DNA of 24,714 nucleotides from an uncultured Mycoplasma sp. (GCA_964460565.1 CAYWQZ010000001.1:10489-35202), one strand, 5' to 3'. Numbered from the stretch's first letter, positions 10,103-18,060 are shown. The notes: generated from the sequence alone by a model not told the origin. Made by a program: numbers and translations.

Positions 10103-10327
10103 TTACCCATTTTCTATTTCGCTTAACATTGCCAGATATAATTCTAATGCTATTGTAATGGCATCATTTCTAGTAATTCTATTGCAACTTTGGAATTGTT
10201 TATTTAATTTTTCTATATTTGCATCAAGTCTTTTTAAAACGTCTATTTTAATAACAGCACCAACTTGAGTCATAGGTTGTTTAAGTGATAATAATATGTT
10301 AATTAGTTCTGCATCATACTTATCCAT
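10103..10327 (-). CDS. Small ribbon-helix-helix-like DNA-binding protein
   Basis: Alternating strand MTQVGAVI, then helix (DVLKRLD), then TRNDAITIALELY; overlaps upstream ORF by 8 nt. Confidence 0.55.
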   Translation of the reverse strand: MDKYDAELINILLSLKQPMTQVGAVIKIDVLKRLDANIEKLNKQFQSCNRITRNDAITIALELYLAMLSEIENG

Positions 10328-10559
10328 CTATTAATACCTTTTCTATTTTCTCATTAAATAATTCCAATGCATATTGAATTATAGTCGATTTTTTAGTTCC
10401 TGATATTTCAGAGTGTTTTTTTATTTGATTAAATGCATCTGTGGCTAACATAAATGATATTTGTGTTTTACCAACTGGTAATGATTTACCTTTTACTATT
10501 TTGTTACCATCAATAGCATCAATTTTTTCTAACATCTTCTTTAAGCCAACTTTATTCAC
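10320..10559 (-). CDS. Small ribbon-helix-helix-like DNA-binding protein
   Basis: KTQISFML strand, DAFNQIKKHS helix, KKSTIIQYALELF helix. GGGGTG at 10571..10566 favours the GTG at 10559 over 10568. Confidence 0.6.
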   Translation of the reverse strand: MNKVGLKKMLEKIDAIDGNKIVKGKSLPVGKTQISFMLATDAFNQIKKHSEISGTKKSTIIQYALELFNEKIEKVLIDG

Positions 10560-10577
10560 TACTATCACCCCATCAAC

Positions 10578-10608
10578 AACACTACCGCAAATATTTTTTT
10601 AAGTCCAG
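10578..10608 (-). promoter_or_regulatory. Bipartite promoter-like motif copy A: CTGGACTT-N12-GCGGTAGTGTT
   Basis: TGGACT (10607..10602), 17 bp, TAGTGT (10584..10579), then SD 7 nt later. Both blocks are identical at 12908..12938. Confidence 0.7.
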
Positions 10609-10619
10609 TTTTTTGATAC

Positions 10620-10703
10620 CCCCTTATGAAATACGCGATTTCATACACGGAGTTGGGCGCCGTTCCTTTCCTAACGACTTGGTAGAGATTAGATGGTGGG
10701 GGC
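10620..10703 (-). other. Candidate cos packaging region
   Basis: Immediately after the HNH stop: CCCCC tract, GC-rich core CGGCGCCCAA (10662..10653) flanked by GGA/TCC dyad, then 8-bp inverted repeat TATGAAAT-N5-ATTTCATA (10625..10645) and GGGG tract. This is the usual layout and position of 3'-cos sites in HK97-like Firmicute phages. Confidence 0.6.
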
Positions 10704-10705
10704 TT

Positions 10706-11047
10706 CTAATGTTCTATTCCGTTGTGACAAGCATTGCATAACGACATTAGATTATTTAATTCTAATCTTTTATTCCAATTCTTTTTGACAGGTACTATAT
10801 GATGAACCATATCAGCTTTCTTAAGTATTCCTTTTTGTTTACACATAACACATTGGTATCTATCCCTTGCTAGTGCTATGGCTCTTATGTGTTCCCACTC
10901 TTTTGTCTTATAGAAGTCTGTATATTCCTTATCTACACGCTCTTTGTTATATCTATTCTTCTCATAGATATGCTTACTACAATACCTTTCTCTTGTAAGT
11001 GTGCTACAACCTGCCTTATTGCATAAATGTAGTGCCTTTATGGGCAT
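10706..11047 (-). CDS. HNH endonuclease, HK97 gp74-like terminase cofactor
   Basis: N-terminal C-x4-C...C-x2-H, then CVMC, VHHI and NLMSLCNACH; position just upstream of the candidate cos. Confidence 0.92.
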   Translation of the reverse strand: MPIKALHLCNKAGCSTLTRERYCSKHIYEKNRYNKERVDKEYTDFYKTKEWEHIRAIALARDRYQCVMCKQKGILKKADMVHHIVPVKKNWNKRLELNNLMSLCNACHNGIEH

Positions 11048-11151
11048 TTATACCACCTCTATCTACAATCGCTCACAAAGGGCTTGAAAACGCCCAAATA
11101 TCGCGTTTATTTATTTTACTTATTTCTTATTTCTCCAAAAGGCTTATTTTT

Positions 11152-11190
11152 GATAAATAAAAAGGGAATATTGCATCCCTTTCATTTATC
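11152..11190 (-). terminator. Terminator-like hairpin in late leader
   Basis: AAAGGGA/TCCCTTT stem (11161..11182) extended by GATAAAT/ATTTATC; followed by UUUUUAUUU on the minus strand. Confidence 0.55.
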
Positions 11191-11254
11191 ATTATAGGTC
11201 GAGGAGGACCAGAAATCTTAGGTGGTGATTTTTTTAATAATCTACCACAATACC

Positions 11255-11310
11255 ATTATACTATATCTGGTTGCGACTAAACTGCCCCTTTTCTGCTACT
11301 TTTCTGCTAC
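11255..11310 (-). promoter_or_regulatory. Putative activator-dependent late promoter
   Basis: Perfect 11-bp tandem repeat GTAGCAGAAAA x2 (11310..11289) upstream of a perfect TATAAT (11260..11255) with no consensus -35, as at RinA/ArpU-type promoters. Confidence 0.65.
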
Positions 11311-11313
11311 TTT

Positions 11314-11523
11314 TTAATCAGTTGTGAAATGTTTCACTAATTCAGCTTCTTCTTCAGTTAATGAATCAGTTTTTAATTCTATCTTTTCATTTATAATTTC
11401 ACTTCTCATTATAACTATTGATTCAGCAATTCCACATAGTGTACATATTTTAGTTTTGTTATCTACTCTTGATATAGCAGGATGCTCATCATATTTCTTT
11501 TTGCATTTTGGACATTCTCTCAT
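11314..11523 (-). CDS. Small Zn-finger protein (CPKC...CTLC)
   Basis: Two CxxC pairs; starts 1 nt after the GGCT stop. Confidence 0.75.
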   Translation of the reverse strand: MRECPKCKKKYDEHPAISRVDNKTKICTLCGIAESIVIMRSEIINEKIELKTDSLTEEEAELVKHFTTD

Positions 11524-11524
11524 T

Positions 11525-11944
11525 TTACCATTCCTTACTTTCTTTTAATGCTGTTTCTAGGATATTTTTATCGAATCCAAATCTTTCATATCCATTTTCT
11601 AGCACTTTATAATAGTATGTTGATGGAATACTTTCTTTTTTGGTATTCATTATGTATACCATTGCTTGTTCTGTTATTCCATTAATTTCTACTTCTAACA
11701 TTTCTTTTCTATAATAACTTGGATATCCTTCATATCTATCTAATGATTTTTCATCATCTGGTTCAATTTCCCATATTAAGACTGGCACTTCATATCCTTC
11801 GAACTTTTCTATTGAAGCTGGTCCATCGAATAACAATCTCCAATCTTTTAGTATGGCTGTTCCCACCACTTTCGCAGTGGGACATCTCATTGCCATTTGA
11901 CTTTCGCTCAAGTTACTACCGTATGCTATGTATAATCTTTTCAT
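11525..11944 (-). CDS. Gamma-glutamylcyclotransferase (AIG2-like) family protein
   Basis: YIAYGSNL substrate loop and LDRYEG catalytic-Glu motif; ATGA overlap with the amidoligase stop. Confidence 0.92.
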   Translation of the reverse strand: MKRLYIAYGSNLSESQMAMRCPTAKVVGTAILKDWRLLFDGPASIEKFEGYEVPVLIWEIEPDDEKSLDRYEGYPSYYRKEMLEVEINGITEQAMVYIMNTKKESIPSTYYYKVLENGYERFGFDKNILETALKESKEW

Positions 11945-12885
11945 TTTTCCACCACCCTTTCTTTTTCAGGATAACCATATCTCCATGCTGCTACACCATC
12001 TAGGTGTTTATATAAATGTTCTCGACAGGCTTTGAACTCATCTCCTATAAGTCCTATTCTATTTAGGTAAGTTCTCATAGCAAACTTTTCATTTTCTATT
12101 TGTGGTTTTCGAGATGATGCACCTCTTTGTGTTAATGCTTGATGGTTTAATGCAAGTGATAATACTACATATGCTCTTATCTTTCCTGCGTGTAGTTCTC
12201 CATTGAATCCTCTTAATTCTATTGTATGATTACCTGTAAAGTAACTATGTAGATTTAAGAAGTGGTATCTACTTTGATGATAATGTTCTGTTGTAAATCC
12301 GCCGTAGTCCTCATACCAAATCTTTTGTAATTGTCTAATTGTTTTTGGTCTTGATGTTCTAATTTTGTTTACTAGTTTATCATCTATCTTCTTACACCAT
12401 CTCATTCTTGCTGGTTCAATTTTTAATGCTTTATATAATAAATCATTCTTACTTGCGATTATATTTATAAAGTTTCTAATTGATCTTGCATCGTGTGGAG
12501 CACCATCTAGGTGAATATGAATTCCACATTGATTCTGTGCTGATGATACTGCACCTTTTTTTCTTAATCCCCGAACTATGTCTTGTAATTTTAATATATC
12601 TTCTTTATATGTTAGTATTGGACTTACAAGTTCGACTGAATATGAGTTTGATGCACTTCTCATTCTGCCTGACACCTTACATTGTGTTATTATGCTTCCA
12701 TCGCTTACGACTGACCATTTTCTATTATCCGGTTGGGTTATTTCATATTTATCATAATATCCACCGCAATATGATTTTGTACCATTTACGATTTCTGCTA
12801 CCACATCAGCGGCTTGGCTTCTGGTTATGCCTGTCATTTCAATTTCGATTCCAAATCTATATTGAAACATTTCTTCATTTTTCAT
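11941..12885 (-). CDS. Putative amidoligase (COOH-NH2 ligase, Amidoligase_2-like)
   Basis: FGIEIE, ELVSP, CGIHIH and TIELRGF motifs. GAGGAGG (12900..12894) 8 nt before ATG 12885, preferred over the TTG at 12960. Confidence 0.9.
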   Translation of the reverse strand: MKNEEMFQYRFGIEIEMTGITRSQAADVVAEIVNGTKSYCGGYYDKYEITQPDNRKWSVVSDGSIITQCKVSGRMRSASNSYSVELVSPILTYKEDILKLQDIVRGLRKKGAVSSAQNQCGIHIHLDGAPHDARSIRNFINIIASKNDLLYKALKIEPARMRWCKKIDDKLVNKIRTSRPKTIRQLQKIWYEDYGGFTTEHYHQSRYHFLNLHSYFTGNHTIELRGFNGELHAGKIRAYVVLSLALNHQALTQRGASSRKPQIENEKFAMRTYLNRIGLIGDEFKACREHLYKHLDGVAAWRYGYPEKERVVEK

Positions 12886-12907
12886 TTCTTTTGCCTCCTC
12901 GATGACA

Positions 12908-12938
12908 AACACTACCGCGTAAGCCACACAAAGTCCAG
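12908..12938 (-). promoter_or_regulatory. Bipartite promoter-like motif copy B: CTGGACTT-N12-GCGGTAGTGTT
   Basis: TGGACT (12937..12932), 17 bp, TAGTGT (12914..12909), SD 8 nt later. Both blocks identical to 10578..10608. Confidence 0.7.
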
Positions 12939-12956
12939 CAAACACTTGAAGATTTT

Positions 12957-13457
12957 TCAACTTTTGGGCAATATCTCATCTAATATCTCCAAAAGTTTTC
13001 TTTTTATCCCATCATACTTTTTTCTAATTCCTGATGATGTTATATATTCGTGGTATTCATTGCGATATTTTGAATTAAATTGATGAGTGATAATATTCCA
13101 TTTTTTATTTTCAAAATGTTTTTGTGTAATTATAAAGTATGATTCTTCATCTAGTGAATCTAATAATATCTTTACCATTTGATTATCACTTTCTAACTTT
13201 TCAATTTTATTTTTGGCGTCAGTTATCCAAAAGTTAATTTTTACTTTTAAATCTTCTGATCTAATCACTAACTTTTCTGTTGGATTAGATACTCCTGTTT
13301 TTTGTATTCCAAGTTTTTCAACTTTGGGTTTTGAATATAACTCATCTAATTCTAATGCATCTTTGGTAAGGTCAATTTCCCACTGATTGATTTTTATTTT
13401 TAACATCTCAATTGTTGCCTTATTTCTTTTATAATTATTTAACAATTTATCAATCAT
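12957..13457 (-). CDS. RinA/sigma70-region-4-like late transcriptional activator
   Basis: SNPTE motif, coiled region, and LDSLDEESYFIITQKHFENKKWNII resembling the region-4-like HTH; located at the end of the replication module. Confidence 0.6.
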   Translation of the reverse strand: MIDKLLNNYKRNKATIEMLKIKINQWEIDLTKDALELDELYSKPKVEKLGIQKTGVSNPTEKLVIRSEDLKVKINFWITDAKNKIEKLESDNQMVKILLDSLDEESYFIITQKHFENKKWNIITHQFNSKYRNEYHEYITSSGIRKKYDGIKRKLLEILDEILPKS

Positions 13458-13469
13458 ATCTCGGACCTC

Positions 13470-13778
13470 CTATTTTAATTCTTCTATTATTTTTACCACC
13501 TCATCTAGTGTTGTCACGACTTCTGCTGTTACTCTTAAATCTCTAAACTTTCTAATTAAGGCTTTTTGTATTTCTGTTGGTTTATTTCCTTTTTGTTTTA
13601 CTTCTAAACATAAAAAAAAGGATTTATCTCCTTTACTAATAACTGCCATTACATCAGGTAGTCCTTTTACTGAATATAAACCTCCATGATTTTTCCAAGC
13701 ATATCCTTTCCAGTTCTTTCCTATCTTCTTTTGGTTTATATAGTTTATTATTCTTTTTACAATATCTCTTTCTAGCAT
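13470..13778 (-). CDS. VRR-NUC domain nuclease
   Basis: MLERDI start, GLPD, LEVK and PTEIQ PD-(D/E)xK motifs; AGGAGG supports ATG at 13778. Confidence 0.9.
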   Translation of the reverse strand: MLERDIVKRIINYINQKKIGKNWKGYAWKNHGGLYSVKGLPDVMAVISKGDKSFFLCLEVKQKGNKPTEIQKALIRKFRDLRVTAEVVTTLDEVVKIIEELK

Positions 13779-13789
13779 TTTCATCCTCC

Positions 13790-14056
13790 TTGAACTATTG
13801 AACATCACATTTTTTTATATTGAACTCTCACAAGCCCAGTGTTTATAAGGGTTTAAGTGCATTTTGAACCATTGAACGCATTTTTTAAAAATATATATTA
13901 TATATAAATAGTAATTATTAGTAAAAATTTACCCCTATATAATATATATAATTTATAGTTCATAGTTCAATATTATATTATATATAGGTTTTTCCCTTAT
14001 TTTATCTAGGATTTAAAATTGAACGCATCTTGAACTTTACTCTTTCTATTGTTCAA
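13790..14056. repeat. Iteron/AT-rich cluster, putative replication origin
   Basis: TTGAAC at 13790, 13798, 13820, 13864, 13872, 14019 and 14030; inverted GTTCAA at 13965 and 14051; 14-bp AT inverted repeat (13891..13904 / 13936..13949); directly downstream of the primase. Confidence 0.65.
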
Positions 14057-16717
14057 TTCTTGTTGCTTTTTCTTATGTTCTTCTATTTTTTGTTTTAGAA
14101 TATCATTCTCGTGATATATCTCCATTGCTTCCTCCCACTCGACATCTTCGATTCGCATCTGCTCGGTTGGAGTAATGTCGCTCATATCTTCATCAACCTT
14201 AATAGCAATATAAGTAGTGGTTACACCTCCACTAGTACGTCTTACAGTGTTACGCTTTTGACTAGTTTCAGTAACAATGTATCCTCGCTCATTAAATCCA
14301 CGAAGTATTTTTTTATAGTTATATCCTTGTTTCGTTAGTTCTTGTTGCAATATACTTGGTTGTACTAAATAATAAAGTACTCCATCAATTTCTTCATGAG
14401 TTCCATATACTTGCATCTTTGATAACGGGCTAAAGTAATTCACGTTTACTATAATCCAACTCTTAATGTATGCATATGCTTTATCGACAATATCCGTATC
14501 CTTTTGTGATTCTAGTTTATCAAGAATTCGCAATCCAAAGTTCACAGATGCTACAATATCATCCACATCAAATATGATCTTATTAGATAGGTAGTCAGCT
14601 ACACAAATAAGGCTTACAGACGCGATGTGAGAACTGATGTTTTTATCTTTGTTTCCTTCTAACCTAGTACAGAATAAATCATACAAGTCATCTAGTTCAG
14701 GACTTTTTGTTTCTACGATATTTTCTATTATGTATTTGATATATTTCCTTCCTGCAAGTCCATAGTTTCTAGTAGTGAATCGATGCATTTCTATAGCATC
14801 TTTTTCTCTTTCAAATAAAGGACCATAGAGTTCTAGCGTTCTTGATGATATTCCGGTCTGTGAATTTTCACTTGTTATTGGTTCTTCTCCTGTTGTTATT
14901 ATAGCAATATTCCAACTTGACCTATTTTGCATACCACCTGTTTTAGTGCCTCTTGTTCTTCCTTTCCCAACTCCTAACATATAAACTAAATTGTTAATAA
15001 AATCCTTATTACTTCCTACTGCTTGTTTCTCATCTATTCCAAATGGTAGATCATTATAAAACGATGCCATTCTCTCTATTCCAACACTCGTTGAATTAAA
15101 GTTTCCCATCGTTGCATCTGGATTTCCCCATACTGATAGTGCTGCTTTTAATGCTGCTGTTTTACCTGCTCTCGAATCAGCCCAAAAGTGAGTTATAAAT
15201 AATCTAGCATTTAGTATTTTTATTAGTGGAGACGCAAAACTTACTTTCAACATACAATTAAACAAATCATTTTTCATTAGTGGTTTTATTTTTTCTATCC
15301 AAGTATCAAGATTTCCAACTTTTTCATAACCTGTTACTAATTTCTTATTTGTTCCATCTTGCTTTAATTCTATATCTCCTGGATAATGTGGAAGAAACTT
15401 ATTCCCCCACCAACCTAATTGTGATACACACTTCTTTGTTTCAATTGTATCAAAGTTTAACTCATCCATTTGTCCTAAATAATCGGACATCTTTTTAGCA
15501 TTTTCTCCAGTAATTGGTATGCCTCTTTCTCCTAACTGCAATATTGTTCTTTGATTATTTATAATGCTTCGTGTAGTAAGAAATGTATTCCACTTCTTAA
15601 ACTTATAAAATGCTATTTCTAGTTCTTCTGTTTCATCTTCCAAATTATAATAAATTGAACTTATAATAACCGGGATTCTACATATTAAAGAAACATCTCC
15701 TCGTTCATCTTTATACACTATGCCATCTTTAGTAAGTTCATAATCTCCTGGTATTCTTACTTTGGCAGGCATATTTGGTACTGGTTCTTCTGCTAGTAGC
15801 ATTACTTCCTTCAAATCTAGTTTAACTGCTTCTTCTAACAAATGCTTTATTTTTGTACGGAAAGTTTCATATTGGTTAATATTTACCCGGTTTTCATATG
15901 TTCCTGTACACTTTTTAAATAAATCACTAGGATCTTTTACATCTTCTTTTGTACAAGAAAACTCATAGACTTCCATACTACTATCCTTTTTATACAATGT
16001 TTCACATATCTTATTTCTGAATATATTGCCACCAGCATCGTTTTCATTATGAATATATATTTTCTTATTTCTTAAATACTTTATCCATTCTGGTTTGAAC
16101 ATTGTTGCACCTGGTATACCAAGTGCTGGAATACCCGCAAGAGTTAAACTTTGAGTATCTGATTCTCCTTCTACTAACACTACATATCCTTGCATATTGA
16201 TATTTTGCATTCTATTTATTCCATACGGAATAATCTTTGAGTTCTTCTCCCAACGAAATGCTTTATTTTCTCCACGAAATCTCGTTGCTACTAGATTATC
16301 TTTTTCATCATAATAAGGTATTTTAATTCCCTTTTTATGATCAGATAATTTCCATATCCGTTCAAGATATACCTGTGGAAGTTTCTTATTCTTGGCATAT
16401 GATTCAAGCGAGAACTTTTCATCCTCGCTTTTCTCAAAGTTAACTTTTGGTTGTTCTATGCCATACTTTATACACAATTCTTGATATACATCCTGCGTAT
16501 CTTTATTATCCATTTTTGCTTTAAAACTTATATAGTTTCCTTTTTCCTCACAGCCAAAACAATGATATTTTCCATTTATTAAATCTACACTAAATGATGG
16601 ATTATCATCATTATGAAATGGACATCTTGTTATGAGGGAATTACCATTTTTTCTAGCATCTGGTAGATACTGTTTATATTCCTCCTCGTAATTGATAGCA
16701 TCATCTATTGATTCCAT
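14006..16717 (-). CDS. Primase-helicase: CHC2 Zn finger + TOPRIM + DUF927-like/SF3-type helicase
   Basis: CPFH...CFGC, VLVEGESD, Walker A-like ADSRAGKT and Walker B-like FGIDE motifs. Confidence 0.9.
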   Translation of the reverse strand: MESIDDAINYEEEYKQYLPDARKNGNSLITRCPFHNDDNPSFSVDLINGKYHCFGCEEKGNYISFKAKMDNKDTQDVYQELCIKYGIEQPKVNFEKSEDEKFSLESYAKNKKLPQVYLERIWKLSDHKKGIKIPYYDEKDNLVATRFRGENKAFRWEKNSKIIPYGINRMQNINMQGYVVLVEGESDTQSLTLAGIPALGIPGATMFKPEWIKYLRNKKIYIHNENDAGGNIFRNKICETLYKKDSSMEVYEFSCTKEDVKDPSDLFKKCTGTYENRVNINQYETFRTKIKHLLEEAVKLDLKEVMLLAEEPVPNMPAKVRIPGDYELTKDGIVYKDERGDVSLICRIPVIISSIYYNLEDETEELEIAFYKFKKWNTFLTTRSIINNQRTILQLGERGIPITGENAKKMSDYLGQMDELNFDTIETKKCVSQLGWWGNKFLPHYPGDIELKQDGTNKKLVTGYEKVGNLDTWIEKIKPLMKNDLFNCMLKVSFASPLIKILNARLFITHFWADSRAGKTAALKAALSVWGNPDATMGNFNSTSVGIERMASFYNDLPFGIDEKQAVGSNKDFINNLVYMLGVGKGRTRGTKTGGMQNRSSWNIAIITTGEEPITSENSQTGISSRTLELYGPLFEREKDAIEMHRFTTRNYGLAGRKYIKYIIENIVETKSPELDDLYDLFCTRLEGNKDKNISSHIASVSLICVADYLSNKIIFDVDDIVASVNFGLRILDKLESQKDTDIVDKAYAYIKSWIIVNVNYFSPLSKMQVYGTHEEIDGVLYYLVQPSILQQELTKQGYNYKKILRGFNERGYIVTETSQKRNTVRRTSGGVTTTYIAIKVDEDMSDITPTEQMRIEDVEWEEAMEIYHENDILKQKIEEHKKKQQELNNRKSKVQDAFNFKS

Positions 16718-16741
16718 CTTTTCCCTCCTTATCTGTTATTT

Positions 16742-17449
16742 TTAATCCAATACATTGTTATCAGTTTCATCAACTCTTTGTAGTCTAGTTGTTTGTTTTA
16801 TTCCATTTGAAAACTCACGCATAACATTCTTTTCTTCTGGATTTAACATTCTTGATATTGCAAACTGAACTTTTGAATATTTAATCCCTGTTTGTGATTT
16901 TTCTACTGTTAGAGTCATCTTAGTTACAACATCACACGCTTTCATTCCTTTAGTTACTATTCTCTTTGAAATATAGTCAGAGAAGTTCTTAATTGATGTA
17001 GGTGGAAGTGTCACAAGTAATGGCAGTATTTCTCCACTACGAAGAATATATATTCTCCTTAAGTTCTTACACTTTTTACCTTTACCATCATCTGCAGAAC
17101 CATATTTATTTAAAGGACAATTAGCACAAGCACCACCAGGACAACCTATTCCTAGTTTTCCATCCATACTACTACAAGCAGGAGGCTGTGCTTGACCATT
17201 GTATTCTTCTTCAAAGTAAGCATTTACTGGATAATGATCCACTATAACACCTTCTATATCTTTTGAGTATTCAGGTTCATCTGGATTATCTGCTCCTGGT
17301 AGTTCCCACATTTGTCCTCCACCTGAGGGAATACTTATCTTATCAAATGATATAGTAAGTCCATCTAAATCTTCGGTATCTATTTCTAGACTACCTGTTG
17401 GTACTACAAAGTTCTTTTCATCTTTTACAGCTATTTCATTTTTTTCCAT
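16742..17449 (-). CDS. Conserved phage replication-region protein, possibly ssDNA-binding
   Basis: IPSGGG, PACSSMDG, CANCPLN, KCKN and LPPTS motifs familiar from phage replication modules; acidic C-terminus. Function is an inference. Confidence 0.55.
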   Translation of the reverse strand: MEKNEIAVKDEKNFVVPTGSLEIDTEDLDGLTISFDKISIPSGGGQMWELPGADNPDEPEYSKDIEGVIVDHYPVNAYFEEEYNGQAQPPACSSMDGKLGIGCPGGACANCPLNKYGSADDGKGKKCKNLRRIYILRSGEILPLLVTLPPTSIKNFSDYISKRIVTKGMKACDVVTKMTLTVEKSQTGIKYSKVQFAISRMLNPEEKNVMREFSNGIKQTTRLQRVDETDNNVLD

Positions 17450-17471
17450 ATATATTTTCCTTTCTTTTATG

Positions 17472-17500
17472 AAAAAACAGCCATATCTTTTATGACTGTT
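17472..17500 (-). terminator. Intrinsic terminator after the 180-aa orphan
   Basis: AACAGUCAUA-AAAGA-UAUGGCUGUU: 10-bp stem with one U.G pair (minus strand only), then U-tract. Confidence 0.75.
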
Positions 17501-17517
17501 AAACTTATAATTATTTT

Positions 17518-18060
17518 TTATCTTTCTTTAATTACAAAAGGATTAAGCGATGTTACTTTATATCCTTTATTTTCTATTTCCTTTTGCAAAAATAATACAA
17601 TTGTTCTTGCATCTACACTATCATTGTGTCTAGGTAACAATTCATTTATATTATCTGATAATAAAGTTGCCATATTTTTTCTATTATTATTTTTGTATTT
17701 TTCAATAAGAATATCTGCCATTTTAGTTGCAGCTACTTTATGATTTTTTTCCATTCTTTCTTCTTTCTCACAAAATTCAGAATATTTTAGTAAGTGATTT
17801 ATTAAACCCTGTTCCTTTGTTACTAAGGCATACTCGTTGCTTTGATCCACTTCATAATCTTCTGGAATAAATTTTAAGGCTCTCAAACTTATATCAGTAG
17901 TGAAGTATTTATATTCCGGCTTTATCATTTCCCTTATCAAATCAAAATAACTTTTATTTACTTTTATCTTTTTTTCGTAAATTACCTTTAATTCTTCAAT
18001 AATTCTTTTTGCTTCTTCATCTAACATTTTTTCAAAATCTAACAATAACTCTGTTTCCAT
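17518..18060 (-). CDS. Hypothetical protein (180 aa, helical, unassigned)
   Basis: Open frame with AAGGAG RBS, its own upstream promoter and downstream terminator; no family recognised. Confidence 0.8.
   Translation of the reverse strand: METELLLDFEKMLDEEAKRIIEELKVIYEKKIKVNKSYFDLIREMIKPEYKYFTTDISLRALKFIPEDYEVDQSNEYALVTKEQGLINHLLKYSEFCEKEERMEKNHKVAATKMADILIEKYKNNNRKNMATLLSDNINELLPRHNDSVDARTIVLFLQKEIENKGYKVTSLNPFVIKER

Noticed and set aside
11222-11317. 31-codon hydrophobic plus-strand ORF (GTG start) downstream of GAGGAGG at 11201..11207, resembling a type I toxin
   Set aside because: SD-to-start spacing is 14 nt, there is no charged C-terminus, and it overlies the late promoter. Hydrophobicity is expected by chance here. 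Ribosome profiling could revive it.
12886-12960. Apparent hydrophobic N-terminal signal on the amidoligase (MKNLQVFAGLCVAYAVVFV)
   Set aside because: Artefact of the upstream TTG. A strong SD supports ATG 12885, and this stretch is the promoter-like motif.
15150-16050. Non-canonical Walker A (ADSRAGKT) and TOPRIM (ENDAGG) motifs suggesting a dead primase-helicase
   Set aside because: The essential GKT, acidic Walker B and EGESD are intact, and such variants are plausible in this family. There is no frameshift or stop.
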